A DNA stretch of 64,000 bases from the human T2T-CHM13v2.0 reference genome, Homo sapiens. Positions 55,001-64,000 of this stretch are shown here, piece after piece. Location of the stretch: assembly GCF_009914755.1 (NCBI RefSeq), contig NC_060933.1; one strand, given 5' to 3'. Within the stretch, counting starts at the first letter, position 1. The number at the start of each line of letters is the position of its first letter. The notes beneath the pieces are model-generated. The model did not search any database and was not told the origin of the DNA. It saw only the letters and a list, made by a program, of their open reading frames with translations. The translations under genes and the position numbers were made by a program.

Positions 55001-58000
55001 CACTTGGGTGATCAGTGCAAAGCTATGTCACAAAGCCCCCTGTATGCAAAGCCTAGACAATATTTACATCACTTACTTGTGATGTGGCGAGATCTCTCAC
55101 AATTCCCCTGTAGGCAGAGCTTATACAACAGTTACATCACCTGAGTGATCAGTGCAGAGGTATGTTACAATGCCCCCATAGGCAGACCCAAGACAAGGGT
55201 CCGTGACCTGGGTGATCAGAGCAGAGATATGTGAGAATTCCCGTGTAGGCAGAGCCTCGACAAGTGTTACATAACCTAGGTTATCAGTGCCACTATAAAT
55301 CATAAAGAATCCTGTAGGCACAGCATAGACAGGAGTACCCTCCCCACAGTGATCAGTGCAGAGAGGTGTCACAAAGCCCATGTAGGCAGAGCCTAGACAA
55401 GAGTTTCATCACTTGGTTGATCAGTTCAGAGATGTGTCAAAATGTCCATGTAGGCAGTTCTAAGACAAGTGTCCATCACCAGGGTGATCAGTGAAGGGAT
55501 ATGTACTAATGTCCCATGTAGTCAGTGCCTAGACAAGAATTGCCTCACATCAGAGATCAGTGCAGAGATATGTCACAAAGCCTTCTGTAGGCAAACCCCA
55601 TACAAGGCTTACATCACCTAGGTGATCAATACAGTGATATGTCACAAAAGTCCCTGTAAACAGAGCCTAGAAAAGAGTTACATCACCTGGTTGTTCAGTG
55701 CAGATATTTGACACAATGCCCCCATAGACAGAACCTAGACAGGACTTCCATCAAAAGGGTGATCAGTGCAGAGATATGTCACAAATCCCCCTGTAGGCAG
55801 AGTGTAGGGAATAGTCCCATCACCTGGGTTATCAGTGCAGTGATATTTCACAAAGCCCCTGTAGACAGAGTGGTCAAGAGTTACATAACCTAGGTGATCT
55901 GTGCAGAGGTATGTCAAAACGCCCCTGTAGGCAGATCCCAGATAAATGTTACATCACCTGGGAGATCAGTGCAGAGATACGTCACAATACCTCCTGTAGG
56001 TGGAGCCTAGACAAGAGTTAGATCACCTGGGTGATCAGTGCAGAGATACGTCACAATAACCCCTGTAGGTGGAGCCTAGACAAGAGTTACATCACCTGGG
56101 TGATCAGTACAGAAATATGTCACAAAGCCCCTGTAGGCCGAGCCTAGACAAGGATTACATCTCCTGGGTGATCAGTGCAGAAATATGTCACAAAGCCCTG
56201 TAGGCCGAGCCAAGACAAGAGTTACATCTCCTGGGTGATCAGTGCAATGATATGTCACAAAGCCCCCTGCAGACATATCCCAGAAAATTGGTACATCACC
56301 TGGGCGATCAGTGGAGATATCTGTCACAATCCCCTTTAGGCGCAGCTAAGACAAGCGTTACATCAGATGAGTGATCAGTGCAGACATATGTCACTGTGCC
56401 CCCATAGGCTGATCCAAGACAAGAGTCCATCACCTGGCTGATCAGTGCAGAAATATGCCACAATGCCGCCAGCGGGCAGATACAGACAAGTATTACATCA
56501 ACTGGGTGATCACTTCAGAGATATGTCAAAATGCCCCTGTAGGCAGCGCCTAGACAAGAGTCTCAACACCTGGGTGATCAGTGCAGAGTTATGTCACAAT
56601 GCCTCCTTTTGGCAGAGCCTAGACAAAGGTTACATCACCTGGGATATCACGGTAGAGATATGTCACAATGCCACCTGTAAGCAGATCCCAGACACTAGTT
56701 GCATAACCTCGGTGATCAGTGCAGAGGTATATCTCAAAACACCCTGTCGGCGAAGCCTATACAAAAGTTACATAATATCGGTGATCGGTGCAGTGATATG
56801 TTAACATGCCCCTGTAGGCAGAGGCTAGAGAAGAGTTACATCACCTGGGTGATCAGTACAGAGATATCTCACAATAACCCTGTAAGCAGAGCCAAGACAA
56901 GAGTTACATCACCTGCGAGATAAGTGCAGAGATATGTCATAAGTCTCACAGAAGGCAAAGCCTAGAAAAGTTTTACATCACCTCAGCGAGCAGTACAGGG
57001 ATAGTTCCCAATGTCCCTCTAGGCAGAGCTTAGACAAGAGTCACAGGTCCTGGGTGATCAGTGGAGACATAAGTAACAATGCATCCATAGGCAGAGCCTA
57101 GACAAGTGATACATAACCCAGGTGACCCGTGCCGAGTGATGTCACAACGCCCTCTGTAGGCACAGACTAGAAAGTGTTACATCACCTGGGTGATCAGTGC
57201 AGAGATATGTCACAAGGCGCCCTGTAGGCAGAGCATAGAGAAGAGTTGCATCACCTGGGTAATCAGTGCAGAGATATGTCACCATTTCCTCTGTAGTCAG
57301 AGCATAGAGAAGCGTTGCATCACCTGGGTGATCATTGCAGAGATATGTCACAATGTCCCCTGTAGGCAAAGCCTAGGCAAGGGTTACATCACGTTTGTCA
57401 TCAGTTCAGGGATATGTGAAAACGCCCCTGGAGGCAGGGCCTAGACAACAGTTATATCCCCTAATGATCAGTGCAGAGATATTTCACAATACTCCTGTAG
57501 GCCGATCCTAGACAAGAGTTGAATCACCTGGGTCATCAGTGCAGAGATATGTCACAAAGCTCCTGTAGGCAGAACTCAGATGAGTTACATCACTTGGGTG
57601 ATCAGTGCAAAGCTATGTCACAAAGCGCCCTGTATGCAAAGCCTAGACAATATTTACATCACTTACTTGGGTGACCTGTGGCGAGATCTCTCACAATTCC
57701 CCTGTAGGCAGAGCTTATACAACAGTTACATCACCTGAGTGATCAGTGCGGAGGTATGTTACAATGCCCCCATAGGCAGACCCAAGACAAGAGTCCGTGA
57801 CCTTGGTGATCAGAGCAGAGATATGTGAGAATTCCCGTGTAGGCAGAGCCTCGACAAGTGTTACATAACCTAGGTTATCAGTGCCCCTATAAATCATAAA
57901 GAATCCTGTAGGCACAGCATAGACAAGTGTACCCTCCCCAGAGTGATCATTGCAGAGAGGTGTCACAAAGCCCATGTAGGCAGAGCCTAGACAAGAGTTT

Positions 58001-61000
58001 CATCACTTGGTTGATCAGTTCAGAGATGTGTCAAAATGTCCATGTAGGCAGATCTAAGACAAGAGTCCATCACCTGGGTGATCAGTGAAGGTTTATGTAC
58101 TAATGTCCCATGTAGTCAGTGCCTAGACAAGAGTTGCCTCACGTCAGAGATCAGTGCAGAGATATGTCACAAAGCCTTCTGTAGGCAAAGCCCATACAAG
58201 GCTTACATCACCTAGGTGATCAATACAGTGATATGTCACAAAAGTCCCTGTAAACAGAGGCTAGAAAAGAGTTACATCACCTGGTTGTTCAGTGCAGATA
58301 TTAGACACAGTGCCCCCATAGACAGAACCTAAACAAGACTTCCATCACCTGGGTGATCAGTGCAGAGATATGTCACAAATCCCCCTGTAGGCAGAGTATA
58401 GAGAAGAGTCCCATCACATGGGTGATCAGTGCAGTGATATTTCACAAATCCCCTGTAGGCAGAGTGGTCAAGAGTTACATAACCTAGGTGATCTGTGCAG
58501 AGCTATGTCAAAACGCCCCTGTAGGCAGGGCCCAGATAAATGTTACACCACCTGGGAGATCAGTGCAGAGATACGTCACAATACCCCCTGTAGGTGGAGC
58601 CTAGACAAGAGTTAGATCACCTGGGTGATCAGTGCAGAGATACGTCACAATAACCCCTGTAGGTGGAGCCTAGACAGGAGTTACATCACCTGGGTGATCA
58701 GTACAGAAATATGTCACAAAGCCCCTGTAGGCCAAGCCTAGACAAGGATTGCATCTCCTGGGTGATCAGTGCAGAAATATGTCACAAAGCCCTGTAGGCC
58801 GAGCCAAGACAAGAGTTACATCTCCTGGGTGATCAGTGCAATGATATGTCACAAAGCCCCCTGCAGACATATCCCAGAAAATTGGTACATCACCTGGGCG
58901 ATCAGTGGAGATATCTGTCACAATCCCATTTTGACGCAGCTTAGACAAGCGTTACATCAGATGAGTGATCAGTGCAGACATATGTCACTGTGCCCCCATA
59001 GGCTGATCCAAGAAAAGAGTCCATCACCTGGCTGATCAGTGCAGAAATATGCCACAATGCCGCCAGTGGGCAGATATAGACAAGTATTACATCACCTGTG
59101 TGATCACTTCAGAGATATATCAAAATGCCCCTGTAGGCCGAGCCTAGAAAAGGGTCTCAACACCTGGGTGATCAGTGCAGGGTTATGTCACAATGCCTCC
59201 TTTTTGCAGAGCCTAGACAAAGGTTATATCACCTGGGAGATCAGGGCAGAGATATGTCACAATGCAACCTGTAAGCAGATCGCAGACTCTAGTTGCATAA
59301 CCTCGGTGATCAGTGCAGAGATATGTCTCAAAACACCCTGTCGGCGAAGCCTATACAAGAGCTACATAATATCGGTGATCGGTGCAGTGATATGTTAACA
59401 TGCCCCTGTAGGCAGAGGCTAGAGAAGAGTTACATCACCTGGGTGATCAGTGCAGAGATATCTCACAATAACCCTGTAAGCAGAGCCAAGACAAGAGTTA
59501 CATCACCTGCGAGATAAGTGCAGAGATATGTCATAAATCTCACAGAAGGCAAAGCCTAGACAAGTTTTACATCACCTCAGCGAGCAGCACAAGGTTAGTT
59601 CCCAATGTCCCTCTAGGCAGAGCTTAGAAAAGGGTCACATGTCCTGGGTGATCAGTGCAGAGATAAGTAACAATGCCTCCATAGGCAGAACCTAGACAAG
59701 TGTTACATAACCCAGGTGACCCGTGCAGAGTGATGTCACAACGCCCTCTGTAGGCACAGACTAGAAAGTGTTACATCACCTGGGTGATCAGTGGAAAATT
59801 ATGTCACAAAGCCCCCTGTATGCAAAGCCTAGACAATATTTACATCCCTTTCTTGGGTGACCTGTGGCGAGATCTCTCACAATTCCCCTGTAGGCAGAGC
59901 TTATTCAACAGTTACATCACCTGAGTGATCAGTGCAGAGGTATGTCACAATTCCCCCATAGGCAGACCCAAGACAAGAGTCCGTCACCTGGGTGATCAGA
60001 GCAGAGATATGTGAGAATTCCCGTGTAGGCAGAGCCTCCACAAGTGTTACATAACCTAGGTTATCAGTGCCACTATAAATCATAAAGAATCCTGTAGGCA
60101 GAGCATAGACAAGAGTACCCTCCCCAGAGTGATCAGTGCAGAGATGTGTCACAAAGCCCATGTAGGCAGAGCCTAGACAAGAGTTTCATCACTTGGTTGA
60201 TCAGTTCAGACATGTGTCAAAATGTCCATGTAGGCAGATCTAAGACAAGAGTCCATCACCTGGGTGATCAGTGAAGGGTTATGTACTAATGTCCCATGTA
60301 GTCAGTGCCTAGACAAGAGTTGCCTCACGTCAGAGATCAGTGCTGAGATATGTCACAAAGCCTTCTGTAGGCAAAGCCCATACAAGGCTTACATCACCTA
60401 GGTGATCAATACAGTGATATGTCACAAAAGTCCCTGTAAACAGAGGCTAGAAAAGAGTTACATCACCTGGTTGTTCAGTGCAGATATTTGACACAATGCC
60501 CCCATAGACAGATCCTAGACAGGACTTCCATCACCTGGGTGATCAGTGCAGAGATATGTCACAAATCCCCCTGTAGGCAGAGTATAGAGAAGAGTCCCAT
60601 CTCCTGGGTGATCAGTGCAGTGATATTTCACAAAGCCCCTGTAGGCAGAGTGGTCAAGAGTTACATAACCTAGGTGATCTGTGCAGAGCTATGTCAAAAC
60701 GCCCCTGTAGGCAGAGCCCAGATAAATGTTACATCACCTGGGAGATCAGTGCAGAGATACGTCACAATACCCCCTGTAGGTGGAGCCTAGACAAGAGTTA
60801 GATCACCTGGGTGATCAGTGCAGACATACGTCACAATAACCCCTGTAGGTGGAGCCTAGACAAGAATTACATCACCTGGGTGATCAGTACAGAAATATGT
60901 CACAAAGCCCCTGTAGGCCAAGCCTAGACAAGGATTACATCTCCTGGGTGATCAGTGCAGAAATATGTCACAAAGCCCTGTAGGCCGAGCCAAGACAAGA

Positions 61001-64000
61001 GTTACATCTCCTGGGTGATCAGTGCAAAGATATGTCACAAAGCCCCCTGCAGACATATCCCAGAAAATTGGTACATCTCCTGGTCGATCAGTGGAGCTAT
61101 CTGTCACAATCCCCTTTAGACGCAGATTAGACAAGCGTTACATCAGATGAGTGATCAGTGTAGACATATGTCACTGTGCCCCCATAGGCTGATCCAAGAC
61201 AAGAGTCCATCACCTGGCTGATCAGTGCAGAAATATGCCACAAAGCCGCCAGTGGGCAGATATAGACAAGTATTACATCACCTGTGTGATCTCTTCAGAG
61301 ATATGTCAAAATGCCCTGTAGGCAGAGCCTACACAAGAGTCTCAACACCTGGGTGATCAGTGCAGAGTTATGTCACAATGCCTCCTTTTGGCAGAGCCTA
61401 GACAAAGGTTACATCACCTGGGAGATCAGGGCAGAGATATGTCACAATGCCACCTGTAAGCAGATCCCAGACACTAGTTGCATAACCTCGGTGATCAGTG
61501 CAGAGATATGTCTCAAAACACCCTGTCGGGGAAGCCTATACAAGAGTTACATAATATCGGTGATCGGAGGAGTGATATGTTAACATGCCCCTGTAAGCAG
61601 AGGCTAGACAAGAGTTACAGCACCTGGGTGATCAGTGCAGAGATATCTCACAATATCCCTGTAAGCAGAGCCAAGACAAGTGTTACATCACCTGCGAGAT
61701 AAGTGCAGAGATATGTCATAAATCTCACAGAAGGCAAAGCCTAGACAAGTTTTACATCACCTCAGCGATCAGTACAGGTATAGTTCCCAGTGTGCCTCTA
61801 GGCAGAGCTTAGACAAGAGTCACATGTCCTGGGTGATCAGTGCAGAGATAAGTAACAATGCCTCCATAGGCAGAGCCTAGACACGTGTTACATAACCCAG
61901 GTGACCCGTGCAGAGTGATGTCAAAACGCCCTCTGTAGGCACAGACTAGAAAGTGTTAGATCACCTGGGTGATCAGTGCAGAGATATGTCACAATGCGCC
62001 GTGTAGGCAGAGCATAGAGAAGAGTTGCATCACCTGGGTAATCAGTGCAGAGATATGTCACCATTTCCCCTGTATTCAGAGCATAGAGAAGTGTTGCATC
62101 ACCTGGGTGATCATTGCAGAGATATGTCACAATGTCCCCTGTAGGCAAAGCCTAGGCAAGGGTTACATCACGTTTGTCATCAGTTCAGGGATATGTGAAA
62201 ACGCCCCTGGAGTCAGGGCCTAGACAACAGTTATATCCTCTAATGATCACTGCAGAGATATTTCACAATACTCCTATAGGCAGATCCAAGACAAGAGTTG
62301 AATCACCTGGGTGATCAGTGCAGAGATATGTCACAAAGCTTCTGTAGGCAGAACTTAGATGAGTTACATCACTTGGGTGATCAGTGCAAAGCTATGTCAC
62401 AAAGCCCCCTGTATGCAAAGCCTAGACAATATTTACATCACTTACTTGGGTGTCCTGTGGCGAGTTCTCTCACAATTCCCCTGTAGGCAGAGCTTATACA
62501 ACAGTTACATCACCTGAGTGATCAGTGGAAAGGTATGCCACAATGCCCCCATAGGCAGACCCAAGACAAGAGTCCGTCACCTGGGTGATCAGAGCAGAGA
62601 TATGTGAGAATTCCCGTGTAGGCAGAGCCTCGACAAGTGTTACATAACCTAGGTTATCAGTGCCACTATAAAGCATAAAGAATCCTGTAGGCAGAGCATA
62701 GACAAGAGTACCGTCCCCAGAGTGATCAGTGCAGAGAGGTGTCACAAAGCCCATGTAGGCAGAGCCTAGACAAGAGTTTCATCACTTGGTTGATCAGTTC
62801 AGAGAAGTGTCAAAATGTCCATGTAGGCAGATCTAAGACAAGAGTTCCATCACCTGGGTGATCAGTGAAGGGATATGTACTAATGTCCCATGTAGTCAGT
62901 GCCTAGACAAGTGTTGCCTCACGTCAGAGATCAGTGCAGAGATATGTCACAAAGCCTTCTGTAGACAAAGCCCATAAAACGCTTACATCTCCTAGGTGAT
63001 CAATACAGTGATATGTCACAAAAGTCTCTGTAAACAGAGGCTAGAAAAGAGTTACATCACCTGGTTGTTCAGTGCAGATGTTTGACACAATGCCCCGATT
63101 GACAGAACCTAGACAAGACTTCCATCACCTGGGTGATCAGTGCAGAGATATGTCACAAATCCCCCTGTAGGCACAGTATAGAGAAGAGTCCCGTCACCTG
63201 GGTGATCAGTGCAGCGATATTTCACAAAGCCCCTGTAGGCAGAGTGGTCAAGAGTTACATAACCTAGGTGATCTGTGCAGAGCTATGTCAAAACGCCCCT
63301 GTAGACAGAGCCCAGATAAATGTTACATCACCTGGGAGATCAGTGCAGAGATACGTCACAATACCCCCTGTAGGTGGAGCCTAGACAAGAGTTAGATCAC
63401 CTGGGTGATCAGTGCAGAGATACGTCACAATAACCCCTGTAGGTGGAGCCTAGACAAGAGTTACATCACCTGGGTGATCAGTACAGAAATATGTCACAAA
63501 GCCCCTGTAGGCCAAGCCTAGACAAGGATTACATCTCCTGGGTGATCAGTGCAGAAATATGTCACAAAGCCCTGTAGGCCGAGCCAAGACAAGAGTTACA
63601 ACTCCTGGGTGATCAGTGCAAAGATATGTCACAACGCCCCCTGCAGACATATCCCAGAAAATTGGTACATCTCCTGGGCGATCAGTGGAGCTATCTGTCA
63701 CAATCCCCTTTAGGCGCAGCTTAGACAAGCGTTACATCAGATGAGTGATCAATGCAGACAGATGTCACTGTGCCCCCATAGGCTGCTCCAAGAAAAGAGT
63801 CCATCACCTGGCTGATCAGTGCAGAAATATGCCACAATGCCGCCAGTGGGCAGATATAGACAAGTATTACATCACCTGTGTGATCACTTCAGAGATATGT
63901 CAAAATGCCCCTGTAGGCAGAGCCTAGACAAGAGTCTCATCACCAGGGTGATCAGTGCAGAGTTATGTCACAAAGCCTCCTTTTGGCAGAGCCTAGACAA
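31060..64000 (+). repeat. Beta satellite higher-order repeat array, ~2.59-kb unit of 38 monomers, ~13 copies, continues past the window end
   Basis: The same 86-codon minus-strand pseudo-ORF recurs at 32136, 34728, 37252, 39843, 42437, 44955, 47344, 49938, 52531, 55121, 57715, 59901 and 62494. Spacings are 2592, 2524, 2591, 2594, 2518, 2389, 2594, 2593, 2590, 2594, 2186 and 2593; 2593/38 = 68.2 bp. Confidence 0.95.

Noticed and set aside
32136-62754. Recurrent 86-aa and 119-aa ORFs that look like a conserved gene family
   Set aside because: Recurrence reflects HOR periodicity; used only as positional markers.

Overview
This is human or great-ape constitutive heterochromatin, not a prokaryotic locus, and it has no intact protein-coding gene. 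In order: (1) 1-~19971, satellite III (HSat3), diverged (CATTC)n with interspersed CACTCGGGTTGATT-type motifs, C-rich strand on +. (2) ~19971-20292, a 320-bp decayed DUX4-like fragment (5' UTR plus homeobox 1) that forms the join between the two satellites. (3) ~20293-27725, older, diverged 68-bp beta (Sau3A) satellite. (4) ~27726-30490, a solitary 5'-truncated D4Z4-like unit with promoter, a full-length in-frame DUX4-like pseudogene (422 codons, three nonsense codons), exon 2, a partial next unit and a pLAM/exon-3-like tail whose polyA-signal position is destroyed. (5) ~30490-64000, beta satellite, from ~31060 a young array of ~13 copies of a ~2.59-kb, 38-monomer higher-order repeat (HOR) with monomer-step deletions and mosaic lineages. 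The most notable points are the 4qA-like D4Z4-pLAM-beta architecture outside a D4Z4 array, internal evidence that the pLAM tail is a decayed DUX 5' end, and a 43-monomer relative of the 38-mer HOR beside it. Comparisons with reference DUX4/D4Z4/pLAM are from recalled sequence and need alignment. The chromosome cannot be assigned by eye. Nearly all listed ORFs are repeat artefacts.
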